A stretch of DNA of 64,000 bases. Source: Chloroflexota bacterium (lineage in GTDB: Bacteria; Chloroflexota; UBA11872; VXNJ01). The DNA lies in assembly GCA_965261345.1 (NCBI GenBank), contig OZ253449.1, positions 1,152,001-1,216,000 of the forward strand. The letters run 5' to 3'. Made by a program: the position numbers and the translations under genes. Under the pieces are notes generated by a model that was given only the letters and a program-made list of their open reading frames with translations, ran no database searches and had not been told where the DNA came from. Shown here in pieces: positions 1 to 9,943 of this stretch. Numbering within the stretch: position 1 is the first letter of the stretch; each line of letters opens with the position of its first letter.

Positions 1-1632
1 CCCGGGACCCGCGCCCGGCCCAACATCGTGCTGATGATGGCCGACGATATGGGCTATTCCGACTTGGGTTGTTTCGGCTCGGAGATTGCCACCCCCAACA
101 TCGACTCGCTCGCTCGCCGGGGGGCCCGCTTTAGCCAGTTCTACAACTGCGCACGCTGCTGCCCGACCCGAGCCAGCCTGCTGACCGGACTTTACCCGCA
201 CGAGGCCGGGGTCGGTCACATGACCACCGACCTGCGGCTTGCCGGTTACCGCGGCTACCTCTCGCGCAACGCGGTAACTATTGCCGAGGCCCTCAAACCG
301 GCCGGTTACACCACCCTGATGTCAGGCAAGTGGCATGTTGGCGGTGATTATCTACTCTCTGACCCCTCGATCCCTTCGGTTGGATCTGAATCCTGGCCGC
401 AGCCGGTTGACCGCGGATTTGACCGCCACTTTGGCACCCTGACCGGGGCTGGCAGCTACTTTAACCCGCACACCCTCACCGAGGACGGGGAGCTGATCGG
501 CGCCCAGGGCGATTTCTATTACACCGACGCGATTGCCAACAAGGCGGTCGAATATATCGACGAATATGGCGACGACGAGGACCCGTTTTTCCTCTACGTG
601 GCCTTTACCGCCCCGCACTGGCCGTTGCATGCGCTCGAGGAAGACATCGCCCGCTATCGCGGCCGGTATCGCGATGGCTGGGAAAACCTGCGCCAGGGTC
701 GGCACGAAGAACTCAAGGGTCTGGGGATCCTAGACGAGCAATGGCCGATCTCCAGGCGCGACCCCGGGCAGCGCGATTGGAGCGAAGTTGCCAACAAGGA
801 CTGGGAGGACTCGCGCATGGCGGTCTACGCGGCCCAGGTCGATCGGATGGACCAGGGCGTGGGACGGATCGTGGACAAGCTCGAGCAGATGTCCCTTACC
901 GAAAACACCCTGTTGATGTTCCTCTCCGACAACGGCGGCTGCGCCGAGTTCTTGCGTGAGGATGGATTTTTCGAGTTTTCGCCGACCAGAACCCGCGCCG
1001 GCGCCCCGATCAAGATCGGCAACGCTGAATCGGTAAATCCGGGCCCGGCCAACACGTACATGAGTTACGACCTGTCCTGGGCCAACGCCTCCAATTCGCC
1101 GTTTCGGCGTTTCAAGCACTGGACCCACGAAGGCGGGATTTCAACTCCGTTCATCGCCTGCTGGCCGGACATGATCAGGCCGGGCCTGCAGATCGATTCG
1201 CCCTGCCATCTCGTCGACGTAATGCCCACCTGCCTCCAGGTCGCGGGCGCCGCCTACCCCAGCGAGCACAACGGATACGAAATCCGCAACCTGCGCGGCC
1301 AGAGCCTGCTCGAACCATTTCAGGACCCGGCCTGGGAACGCGACGGGGCAATCTATTGGGAACACGAGGGCAACCAGGCGGTTCGCCTCGGCCAGTGGAA
1401 GCTGGTCCGCCGCTTTCCCGATGACTGGGAGCTCTACGACATGGCCGCCGACCGCACCGAGCAGATCGATCTGCTCGGGGTCAACCAGGCCCGCTCCCAG
1501 GAGCTGATTGCGCTCTATGACCAGTGGGCCCCGGGCGCCCTGGTGCTTCCCTGGCAGCAGATCATCTCGCGCGACGATATGACCTATCAGCGCCAGCGCC
1601 TGTACAACATCAGCGCCACCCAAAAAGCCTAG
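1..1632 (+). CDS. Arylsulfatase (5' end runs off the window)
   Basis: Frame open from base 1 (PGTRARPNIVLMMADDMG); formylglycine motif CCPTRASLLTG, GKWH, APHWPL, SDNG. Confidence 0.93.
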   Translation, partial: PGTRARPNIVLMMADDMGYSDLGCFGSEIATPNIDSLARRGARFSQFYNCARCCPTRASLLTGLYPHEAGVGHMTTDLRLAGYRGYLSRNAVTIAEALKPAGYTTLMSGKWHVGGDYLLSDPSIPSVGSESWPQPVDRGFDRHFGTLTGAGSYFNPHTLTEDGELIGAQGDFYYTDAIANKAVEYIDEYGDDEDPFFLYVAFTAPHWPLHALEEDIARYRGRYRDGWENLRQGRHEELKGLGILDEQWPISRRDPGQRDWSEVANKDWEDSRMAVYAAQVDRMDQGVGRIVDKLEQMSLTENTLLMFLSDNGGCAEFLREDGFFEFSPTRTRAGAPIKIGNAESVNPGPANTYMSYDLSWANASNSPFRRFKHWTHEGGISTPFIACWPDMIRPGLQIDSPCHLVDVMPTCLQVAGAAYPSEHNGYEIRNLRGQSLLEPFQDPAWERDGAIYWEHEGNQAVRLGQWKLVRRFPDDWELYDMAADRTEQIDLLGVNQARSQELIALYDQWAPGALVLPWQQIISRDDMTYQRQRLYNISATQKA

Positions 1633-1647
1633 GGGCAACCCTTACAA

Positions 1648-3318
1648 GTGAGCGAACCGCCAATGTCAACTGCGCCACCCGTCGCCGGAGCCGGGACCAA
1701 ACCCAACATCATCCTGATGATGGCCGACGATATGGGCTATTCCGACATCGGCTGTTTTGGCAGCGAGATCAACACCCCCAACCTGGACCGGTTGGCAGCC
1801 GGCGGGGTCCGGCTCTCGGGGTTTTACAACTACGCCCGCTGCTGCCCCACCCGCGCGGCCCTGCTAACCGGCCTTGCGCCCCACGAAGCCGGGATCGGGC
1901 ACATGACTCTTGATCTGGGTTCGCCCGCCTACCAGGGTTACCTAAATGACAACTGCGTCACCATCGCCGAGGCCCTAAAACCGGCCGGGTATTCGACCTA
2001 CATGGCCGGCAAGTGGCATGCCGGCGGCGACTACGCATACAGCTCCTGGCGAGAAGCCGGAGGGATCGGCGAGAAGGGCAAGCCCACGCCCCGGCAGCGG
2101 GGATTCGACCGCTTCTACGGGATCCTTGGGGGCAGCGCCAATTACTACGACCCCCATTCGCTCATGCTCGACGACGAGCTAGTCGACATCGATTACCCCG
2201 ACTTCTTTTTCACCGACGCGATCGCCGACGCCGCGGCCGGATTCATCGGCGATCACCAGGACGATAACCCCTACCTGCTCTACCTGAGCTTTACCGCCCC
2301 GCACTGGCCGCTGCACGCCCACTCCGAGGATATTGCCCGCTATCGCGGAGCCTACCGCGGCGGCTGGGACGAATTGCGCGCGCGCCGCCACGAGCGGCTA
2401 AATTCGCTGGGTGTGCTGGAGAACAGCTGGGACATTTCCCCGCGTGATCCGGAGGCCCCGGCCTGGGAGGGCGTCCCCGACCAGGACTGGGAGGACGCCC
2501 GAATGGCCGTCTACGCCGCCCAGGTCGACCGGATGGACCAGGGAATCGGCAGGGTCCTGGACGCGGTCCGGCGACGCGGTGACTGGGACAACACCCTGAT
2601 CATGTTCATCTCCGACAACGGCGGGTGCGCCGAGTACCTCCGGGAAGACGCGATATCCCATACCGCACCGCCGCACACGCGGACCGGAGTCCCGATCCAG
2701 AGCGGCAACGTTCCCGGCCTGATGCCCGGCCCCGAAACCACCTATATGAGCTACGACCTGCCCTGGGCCAACGCCTCCTGTTCGCCGTTTCGCTACTACA
2801 AGCACTTCACCCACGAGGGCGGAATAAGCACCCCCTTCGTGGCCCACTGGCCCAAAGTGATCAGGCCCAGCTCAATCGACCACCAACCGGCCTGGGTGGG
2901 CGACTTCATGGCGACCTTTCTGCATGTGGCCGGGGCCGCCTACCCCACCGAACACCGTGGCCACGCCGTCACCCCGCTGCGCGGTGAGAGCTTCCTCCCG
3001 GCGCTTGGAGGGACAAATATCGGCCGTCAACAGCCGATCATCTTCGAGCACGAGGGCAATTGCGCGGTCCGCGATGGACATTGGAAACTGGTCAATCGCC
3101 ATCCCGGATCATGGGAACTCTACGACATGGCCACCGATCGAACCGAGCTAAACGATCTGGCCGCCGCCAATCCGAAAATGCGCGACTTGCTCGTGGATGC
3201 CTATGCCGCCTGGGCACGCGAGGTCGGCGTGGGCGATTGGGCCAAAATGATCTCCTCCCCCAGGGCCGCACGCTTCCGCGGTTGGATTCGCGAAGTGCCA
3301 AGCGAGGCTGGTCAATGA
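1648..3318 (+). CDS. Arylsulfatase (tandem paralogue)
   Basis: KPNIILMMADDMG, CCPTRAALLTG, GKWH, SDNG; start may be ATG 1663. Confidence 0.93.
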   Translation: MSEPPMSTAPPVAGAGTKPNIILMMADDMGYSDIGCFGSEINTPNLDRLAAGGVRLSGFYNYARCCPTRAALLTGLAPHEAGIGHMTLDLGSPAYQGYLNDNCVTIAEALKPAGYSTYMAGKWHAGGDYAYSSWREAGGIGEKGKPTPRQRGFDRFYGILGGSANYYDPHSLMLDDELVDIDYPDFFFTDAIADAAAGFIGDHQDDNPYLLYLSFTAPHWPLHAHSEDIARYRGAYRGGWDELRARRHERLNSLGVLENSWDISPRDPEAPAWEGVPDQDWEDARMAVYAAQVDRMDQGIGRVLDAVRRRGDWDNTLIMFISDNGGCAEYLREDAISHTAPPHTRTGVPIQSGNVPGLMPGPETTYMSYDLPWANASCSPFRYYKHFTHEGGISTPFVAHWPKVIRPSSIDHQPAWVGDFMATFLHVAGAAYPTEHRGHAVTPLRGESFLPALGGTNIGRQQPIIFEHEGNCAVRDGHWKLVNRHPGSWELYDMATDRTELNDLAAANPKMRDLLVDAYAAWAREVGVGDWAKMISSPRAARFRGWIREVPSEAGQ

Positions 3319-4043
3319 GCCAAACAAGCGCCGTTTTTGACCCGACGGCAGTAAAGGCCCTCACCTTCGATGTATTCGGCACGGTCGTTAATTGGCGTCT
3401 CTCAGTTTCGCGGGCGGCGGCCCAACTGGCCCGCCGCCACGGAATCGAACTGGACGCACCGGCCTTGGCCGACGCCTGGCGCTCGGGCTACCCCGGCAAG
3501 CTGGCCGAGATCAATTCCGGCGCCCGGCCGCGGCGGCGGTTAAATGACCTGCATCGCGAAATCCTGGCCGAAATCGCACCGGCTTTCGGCCTGCAGGATG
3601 TCCCAGGCCACGAACTCGACCGGCTCAACCTGACCTGGCATCGCCTGCTCGGCTGGCCCGATTCGGCGCCCGGGCTCTGGCGCCTCCGGCAACGCTACCT
3701 GGTGTGTGCGCTCTCCAATGGGGACAGTGACATGCTGGCGACGATGGGCAAGTTTGCCGGCCTTAACTGGGACCTGGTCATCTCGGTCGAATTGGCCGGG
3801 GCCTACAAACCGAAGCCGGCCGCCTACCAAAAGGCGATCGAGCTGGTCGACGCCGATCCTCACCAGGTCCTGATGGTGGCCGCCCACACGAACGATCTGG
3901 CCGCCGCCCAGGCCTGTGGAATGCGCACCGCCTACATCCATCGGCCGGCCGAATGGGGGCGGGACGACCCACCTGGAGACAGTTCGAGATTTGACATAAC
4001 CGCCCCCGACCTGATTGACCTTGCGGTACGCCTAGGGGTTTGA
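3315..4043 (+). CDS. Haloacid dehalogenase type II (HAD superfamily)
   Basis: ALTFDVFGTVV motif I, LSNG, YKP, MVAAHxxD; ATG 3315 overlaps upstream TGA (ATGA). Confidence 0.88.
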   Translation: MSQTSAVFDPTAVKALTFDVFGTVVNWRLSVSRAAAQLARRHGIELDAPALADAWRSGYPGKLAEINSGARPRRRLNDLHREILAEIAPAFGLQDVPGHELDRLNLTWHRLLGWPDSAPGLWRLRQRYLVCALSNGDSDMLATMGKFAGLNWDLVISVELAGAYKPKPAAYQKAIELVDADPHQVLMVAAHTNDLAAAQACGMRTAYIHRPAEWGRDDPPGDSSRFDITAPDLIDLAVRLGV

Positions 4044-4176
4044 GCGGACCGGGCCGGGGCGCGCAAACAATCCGGCCCAGGGTGTGCTCGATCCCCCTAG
4101 AATCGCCAGAGGTCCCGGCAATAAAGAGCCGGCCAGGCTGCGGGATCGGATAAGCCAAGTTCGAGGGTTGCTGAGG

Positions 4177-6033
4177 ATGGCGGAGGACTACGAAAAAACA
4201 TTAGATATCCGCCAGCGGGCGGGTTTGGCCAATGCCGGCGGGGTGATCGATTTCATCATCGCCAACAAGTACAAGGCCACATTGTGGTTTGCGGTCACCG
4301 TGGCCATGATCACCCTCTGGGTAACCGCGACCGAGACGATGGCCGGGATTTTCCTAACGATCGCCCAATTCCTGCTCGGCGCGGCCTTCATGATCGTGCA
4401 GTTTGCGGCCCTGTTCCTCTTCCTGGGCCGGGGACGCATCTACTGGGTCCAGCCGGGCGAGACCGGAGTCTCGTTTAGCGATTACCGCGGCAACGACCAC
4501 ATCCTGGAAGTCGCCCGCCGGGTGGTCACAATCCTCCGGGGCCAAAGCGACGTGCGCCAGATGGGCGGAACCTATACCGCCGGGATGCTGCTGGAGGGAC
4601 CGCCGGGATCGGGCAAGAGTTACCTTGCCCAGGCCATTGCCACCGAAGCCGGACTGCCCTTCGCCTACGCCTCGGCGCCTGGTTTTTCCAACATGTTCTT
4701 TGGAGTTGGCAACCTACGGGTGATGATGCTCTACTCCAAGGCCCGCAAATTGGCCCGCAAGCACGGCGGTGCGATCGTCTTTATCGATGAGATCGACGCC
4801 ATCGGGATGGCCCGCTCGGCCCAGACCTCGGGCGGTGGGATGGGGATGATGGGCGGAATGATGGGCGGCGGGTCGATGATCCTCAACGAACTCCTGCTGC
4901 AGATGGACCCGCCGAACTTCGACAACGATTGGCGCTCGCGCCTGCTGCGGCGGCTGGGTCTGAAAAAAGAACGCGCCATTCCGCCGCCGGTACTTACGGT
5001 GGGCGCTACCAACCTAGCCCATGTGCTCGACCAGGCGCTGCTTCGACCCGGTCGTTTCGACCGAAAAATCCACATTGATTTCCCTGATTTCGACGGGCGC
5101 AAAGACATCATCGCCTATTACCTGGCCAAGGTCCGCCACGAGCAGATGCCGCTCGACCGGATGTCCAACGACACCATCTCTTACTCGCCGGTGGGAATCA
5201 AACACCTGGTCAACGAAGCAGTCATTCACGCCCACTTTGACGGGCGCGACGCGATAAATTACGCCGACTATACGCGGGCCCGGGAGGACCACGAATATGG
5301 CCTCCGCGAGCCGATTCGCAACATGTCGCAAGACGAGCGTCGCCGGATCGCCTACCACGAGGCCGGGCACGCAATCGCGCAGGTCAAGCTGCTCCCGCAC
5401 CACCGGATCGCCAAGGTCACTATTGTTCGCCACGGCGACGCGCTGGGCTTTGCCTCGGCCAAGCCGCTGGAGGAACGCTATACCCTGGTGCGCGAGGAAG
5501 CTCTGGCCCACATCCAGATCTCGCTGGCCAGCCGGGCGGCCGAGGAGTTGTTCCTAGGCACCCGCATGAGCGGGGTTTCGGGCGACCTGGCCAACGCTAC
5601 CCAGACCGCCTACTTAATGCTTACTCAATGGGGCATGGACGGCGGCCTGTTCTCGTACGCACCCTGGGGTGGTGGCCAACTAGATCCGGAGACCAAGACC
5701 CGGATCGAACAGGTTCTCGAGCAGGAATTTAAGAAAGCCAAGGCCCTGCTGACCACTTATGCCGGGGCGGTGCACGAGATCGCCGAAGGGCTGCTGGAGA
5801 GCGACGAGCTGGACGGTCAGGACGTAATCGACATCATCGCCAAACACGACGATCTGCTCGCCTCCGGGCGCGGTCCCAGGGTCCTGCCCGAGTACGCACT
5901 GATGGGCGCGGGCGGCATCGGCGGGCCTCCGCCACAGCTGATTGCCCCGAACGGTTCGCATGGCCCCAATGGTCGTGCCGCAGGTAACGGTGAGTCGTCG
6001 GGCGAGTCTTCGGCGTCGGCCGCGGAGGACTAA
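4177..6033 (+). CDS. FtsH-like membrane AAA+ zinc metalloprotease (atypical paralogue)
   Basis: N-terminal TM helices, Walker A GPPGSGKS, Walker B FIDEID, SRH ALLRPGRFDR, HEAGH zinc motif. Confidence 0.88.
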   Translation: MAEDYEKTLDIRQRAGLANAGGVIDFIIANKYKATLWFAVTVAMITLWVTATETMAGIFLTIAQFLLGAAFMIVQFAALFLFLGRGRIYWVQPGETGVSFSDYRGNDHILEVARRVVTILRGQSDVRQMGGTYTAGMLLEGPPGSGKSYLAQAIATEAGLPFAYASAPGFSNMFFGVGNLRVMMLYSKARKLARKHGGAIVFIDEIDAIGMARSAQTSGGGMGMMGGMMGGGSMILNELLLQMDPPNFDNDWRSRLLRRLGLKKERAIPPPVLTVGATNLAHVLDQALLRPGRFDRKIHIDFPDFDGRKDIIAYYLAKVRHEQMPLDRMSNDTISYSPVGIKHLVNEAVIHAHFDGRDAINYADYTRAREDHEYGLREPIRNMSQDERRRIAYHEAGHAIAQVKLLPHHRIAKVTIVRHGDALGFASAKPLEERYTLVREEALAHIQISLASRAAEELFLGTRMSGVSGDLANATQTAYLMLTQWGMDGGLFSYAPWGGGQLDPETKTRIEQVLEQEFKKAKALLTTYAGAVHEIAEGLLESDELDGQDVIDIIAKHDDLLASGRGPRVLPEYALMGAGGIGGPPPQLIAPNGSHGPNGRAAGNGESSGESSASAAED

Positions 6034-6056
6034 CTAACCCACCGGCCGCCTGACCT

Positions 6057-7298
6057 TTACGGGTAGGTGCCCCGCAGGCGCGCCGCTTCGGCCACCCGCT
6101 CAATGGCGACCGCCATTGCGGCCTGGCGCAGGCTAACCGAGAGATCCTCGGAGCGCGTCCTAACGGCCTTGTAGGCGGTGTGCATCGACCGCTCCAGCTC
6201 CCTAACGATTCGCGGTTTGTCCCAGTAGAACTGCTGTAGGCCCTGGACCCATTCAAAGTAAGAAACGGTAACCCCGCCGGCGTTGGCCAGGATATCCGGC
6301 AGGACGGTAATTCCGCGGTCGGCCAGGATCTCATCGGCGACAAAATCGACCGGCCCGTTGGCGCCCTCGGCGATAAGCCCGGCGCGTATCTGCTCGGCGT
6401 TACCGGCGTGGATCTGGCCTTCGATGGCCGCCGGGATCAGGATGTCAACCGGCAGCGCCAACAGATCGGAGTTGTCGATCGCAACGACTCCCGGCAGGTT
6501 GTCCAGCCCCTGTCCAGCGGCAAGCGTTTGCCCGAGCTGTTCGATGTCCAACCCGGCCGGTTGATAGGCGCCGGCACGCGAGGAACTGATCGCCACAACC
6601 CTGAATCCGGCCTCGGCAAACAGGCGCGCCGCTCCCAGTCCGACGTTGCCGGCGCCCTGGATCGCAACGCTCAGGCCGGCATGGCTACGACCCTGGCTGG
6701 CCAGGTGCGCCTGGGTGCAGATTAGCAGCCCCAATGAGGTCGCGTTGGACCGCCCGGCCGAACCACCGACCGCGATCGGCTTTCCGGTGACCGCCGCCGG
6801 AACCGAATAGCCGCGGTGCATGGATAGGGTGTCCATAATCCAGGCCATGATCTGCGAATCGGTGCCCACGTCGGGCGCAGGGATATCCATCTCCGGCCCG
6901 ATCAGCGGAGCGATCTCGGTGGCATAGCGGCGCGTGAGGTTCTCCAACTCAACGCGCGAGAGCGCCCGTGGGTCAACCCGCACCCCACCCTTGGCCCCGC
7001 CGAACGGCAGGTTGGCCAGCGCGCACTTCCAGCTCATCCACATCGCCAACGCCCGAATCTCGTCTAGATTGGCGCTCGGGTGGTAGCGTAGGCCGCCCTT
7101 GGCCGGGCCACGGGCGATATTGTGATGCACCCGATAGCCGCTATACATGCGGAGCGATCCATCGTCTAGCTCGACTGGAAAGTTGACCGTCAATTCCCGT
7201 TTGACCGACGAGAGCACCAGTCGCAACCCGTCGGGGAGGTTGATCAGCTCGGCGGCTGCGCCAAACTGGGCCAATGCCGACTGTAACGGTCCCATCAT
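6057..7298 (-). CDS. gdhA: Glutamate dehydrogenase (Glu/Leu/Phe/Val dehydrogenase)
   Basis: GPAKGGLRY, PFGGAKGG, DIPAPDVGT, GAGNVG, EGANGP, NAGGVTVSYFEW. Confidence 0.92.
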   Translation of the reverse strand: MMGPLQSALAQFGAAAELINLPDGLRLVLSSVKRELTVNFPVELDDGSLRMYSGYRVHHNIARGPAKGGLRYHPSANLDEIRALAMWMSWKCALANLPFGGAKGGVRVDPRALSRVELENLTRRYATEIAPLIGPEMDIPAPDVGTDSQIMAWIMDTLSMHRGYSVPAAVTGKPIAVGGSAGRSNATSLGLLICTQAHLASQGRSHAGLSVAIQGAGNVGLGAARLFAEAGFRVVAISSSRAGAYQPAGLDIEQLGQTLAAGQGLDNLPGVVAIDNSDLLALPVDILIPAAIEGQIHAGNAEQIRAGLIAEGANGPVDFVADEILADRGITVLPDILANAGGVTVSYFEWVQGLQQFYWDKPRIVRELERSMHTAYKAVRTRSEDLSVSLRQAAMAVAIERVAEAARLRGTYP

Positions 7299-7401
7299 TT
7301 GCCCCGCAATCTACACGAACAAGAATGTTGGTGGATAGAGTTTAGAAGCCCCTTGGGCTACTCAAATTTCCTGTCGGACGCTTTGTAAGGAGTCGCCCGT
7401 C

Positions 7402-9231
7402 TTGTGTGGGATAGTCGGCTACTGCGGGGCGCAACCGGCGGCCCCGGCAATCATCGAGGGATTGCGCCGCCTCGAATATCGCGGGTACGATTCGGCCGGC
7501 GTGGCGTTCCTGGGCGAGAGCGGCCTGGAAATCACCCGCCGGGTCGGCAAATTGGCCAAACTGACCTCCGCCCTGGACGGGCGCCAGATCGCCGCCCCCA
7601 CCGGGATCGGCCATACCCGCTGGGCCACCCATGGGCGCCCCAGCGTTGCCAACGCGCACCCGCACACCGATCAATCCGGGCAGGTTGCCGTAGTCCACAA
7701 CGGGATCATCGACAACTTTCGTCTGTTGCAGGAACAGCTGGCCGCAGAAGGCGCCAAGTTTTACTCGGAAACCGATTCCGAGGTGATCGTGCAGCTGATT
7801 GCCCGGCAGCTGCCCGAGTCCGGCGACCTTGCCACCGCGGTGCGGGCGGTCGTATCCCGGCTCTCGGGCAGTTTCGCCTTCGTCGCGCTTTGGACCGGCG
7901 CTCCCGGCGAGATGGTTGCCGCCCGCCAAGCCAGCCCGCTGGTGATCGGGGTTGGTGACGGCGAGAACCTGGTTGCCTCCGACATTCCGGCGGTAATTCC
8001 CCACACCCGCCGGATCATGCACCTACACAATGGCGACGTAGCCCGGATTAGCTCCGACGAGATCGCTATCTGGGATCCCGCGGGGCCGGTCGAGCGCGGG
8101 ATTTCGGTGGCGCCGTGGAGCCCGGCGCTGGCCGAACGGGGAACCTATCGCCACTTCATGCAAAAGGAAATATTTGAGCAGCCGCGAGCGCTGGCTGACA
8201 CCCTGCAGGGGCGGATCCGTCCGGGCAGTCCGCAGGTTGACCTGGCCGACCTCACCGGCCTTGAACTGGATCCCCGCGACATCAACCGGGTGCTGCTGTT
8301 AGGGTGCGGTACCTCGTTGCACGCGGCCATGATCGGCCAGTACTACTTTGAACAGATCGCCGGGATCCGGGCCGAAATCGAAAATGCCGCCGAGTACCAC
8401 CATCGCCTGAGAGAACCTGAAACCGGGACCCTGGTGGTGGCGGTTTCACAATCGGGGGAAACCTTCGACACAGTGCAAGCGGCAATCGCCGCGGGGCCCG
8501 CAGCTGCACTGCTGGCTCTTACCAACGTGCCCGGATCGTCGCTGGCCCGCAGCGCCAAAGCGGCAATGATCGCCCGGGCCGGGCCCGAAATCGGAGTGGC
8601 CTCAACCAAGACTTTTACGACCTCGCTGGCCCTGCTCTACCTGTTGGCGGTCGGACTGGGATATCGGCGTGGCAGCCTGTCTAAAACCCGTGCCATTGAG
8701 TTGCTAGAGGAGATTGCCCGACTGCCGCAACTCTTAGACCAGGTGCTGGCGATTGACCGACAGGCCGAATCGCTCTCCCACGAATTGAGCGGTCTCGCCA
8801 ACGCCTTCTTTATCGGTCGCGGGGCCCTTCGGGCGATCGCGTACGAGGGTGCACTAAAGCTAAAGGAGCTCACCTATATCCACGCCGAAGGCTATCCCGC
8901 TGGCGAGTTAAAGCACGGCCCGATCGCCCTTATTACCGAAGCCGTGCCGACGGTGGTCATTGCTCCGGCCAACGCCATGCGTTCCAAGATGATCTCAAGC
9001 ATGGAAGAAATCAAGAGCCGCGACGGCAAAGTCCTAGTGCTGGGTACCGAGGGCGATGCGGAATTGGCCAAACGCGCCGATTGGATGCTTGCCCTGCCGC
9101 CGGTTCCGTCGCTCTTAAATCCAATCGCCTACGTGGTCCCTTTGCACTTGCTGGCCTACCACATCGCCCTGCGTCGCGGTTGCGACGTTGACCAACCGCG
9201 CAATCTGGCCAAAACGGTAACCGTCGAATAG
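7402..9231 (+). CDS. glmS: Glutamine--fructose-6-phosphate aminotransferase
   Basis: N-terminal MCGIVG (TTG start), LEYRGYDSAG, HTRWATHG, SQSGET, C-terminal PRNLAKTVTVE. Confidence 0.97.
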   Translation: MCGIVGYCGAQPAAPAIIEGLRRLEYRGYDSAGVAFLGESGLEITRRVGKLAKLTSALDGRQIAAPTGIGHTRWATHGRPSVANAHPHTDQSGQVAVVHNGIIDNFRLLQEQLAAEGAKFYSETDSEVIVQLIARQLPESGDLATAVRAVVSRLSGSFAFVALWTGAPGEMVAARQASPLVIGVGDGENLVASDIPAVIPHTRRIMHLHNGDVARISSDEIAIWDPAGPVERGISVAPWSPALAERGTYRHFMQKEIFEQPRALADTLQGRIRPGSPQVDLADLTGLELDPRDINRVLLLGCGTSLHAAMIGQYYFEQIAGIRAEIENAAEYHHRLREPETGTLVVAVSQSGETFDTVQAAIAAGPAAALLALTNVPGSSLARSAKAAMIARAGPEIGVASTKTFTTSLALLYLLAVGLGYRRGSLSKTRAIELLEEIARLPQLLDQVLAIDRQAESLSHELSGLANAFFIGRGALRAIAYEGALKLKELTYIHAEGYPAGELKHGPIALITEAVPTVVIAPANAMRSKMISSMEEIKSRDGKVLVLGTEGDAELAKRADWMLALPPVPSLLNPIAYVVPLHLLAYHIALRRGCDVDQPRNLAKTVTVE

Positions 9232-9359
9232 CCGGGGCAATTTCCGGCCGCTAGCGGCGGCGGCGATGAAGAGAGCAAGCTCGGGCGTCGATCCAAAATA
9301 GATTGTGAGACGGAACCGGGCGCGCGCGGCTGGGCCGCGCCGCGCAAAGGAGACACGCG

Positions 9360-9731
9360 ATGGCACTTCAGATCCTCAAATCAGACGACGGCGAGACGAT
9401 TGAGCGCACGGACGCGGCCATCTTCGAGGGAGGCCAAGTATGGGGGCGAATGCTCGCGGGTGATTCCTCCGCGCACGTGAGCGTGCAGGTGGTGCAGTTC
9501 GGCCCGGGCGCGCGAGCGGGGTGGCACCGCCACACAAGCGACCAGGTGTTGTTCGTAGTGGCGGGCATCGGCAAGGTGGGGAACCGCGAAGGCGAGCACG
9601 TGATCAGCTCGGGCGACTCCGTTAGGGTGCCCGCCGGTGACGACCACTGGCACGGCGCCCATGACACCGGCTCGCCCATGACTCACCTCTCGATCATGGC
9701 GGCGGGCTCGCAGACGACCGTCCTGGATTAG
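9360..9731 (+). CDS. Cupin domain protein
   Basis: GWHRHTSDQ and DHWHGA cupin motifs; AAGGAG RBS. Confidence 0.85.
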   Translation: MALQILKSDDGETIERTDAAIFEGGQVWGRMLAGDSSAHVSVQVVQFGPGARAGWHRHTSDQVLFVVAGIGKVGNREGEHVISSGDSVRVPAGDDHWHGAHDTGSPMTHLSIMAAGSQTTVLD

Positions 9732-9943
9732 CAGGGGTTGCAGTCCGTCCTAAATCAGCATCTGCTACCACATCCCCCAATGGATCGGTGCCCCACGCTG
9801 GCGGCGGTTCTCCAGGTGCACGTGTGGATGGAAAGTCGGGCCCTGCCATCGCGTTCCTGCGTGGCTATCGTGCGTGATCATTCCAATTCCAACACCGCAT
9901 TAGTGGAATTGGTTCGTAGCTTCGTCACATTGACCCCCGGTTC

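Noticed and set aside
7299-7401. glmS ribozyme upstream of glmS
   Set aside because: Only about 100 bp, shared with divergent gdhA, and the conserved AGCGC...GACGAGG core is not visible.
9232-9320. Tn7 end at attTn7
   Set aside because: The TGT at 9305 is too far from the glmS stop, and no TnsB-site repeats or tns genes were seen.
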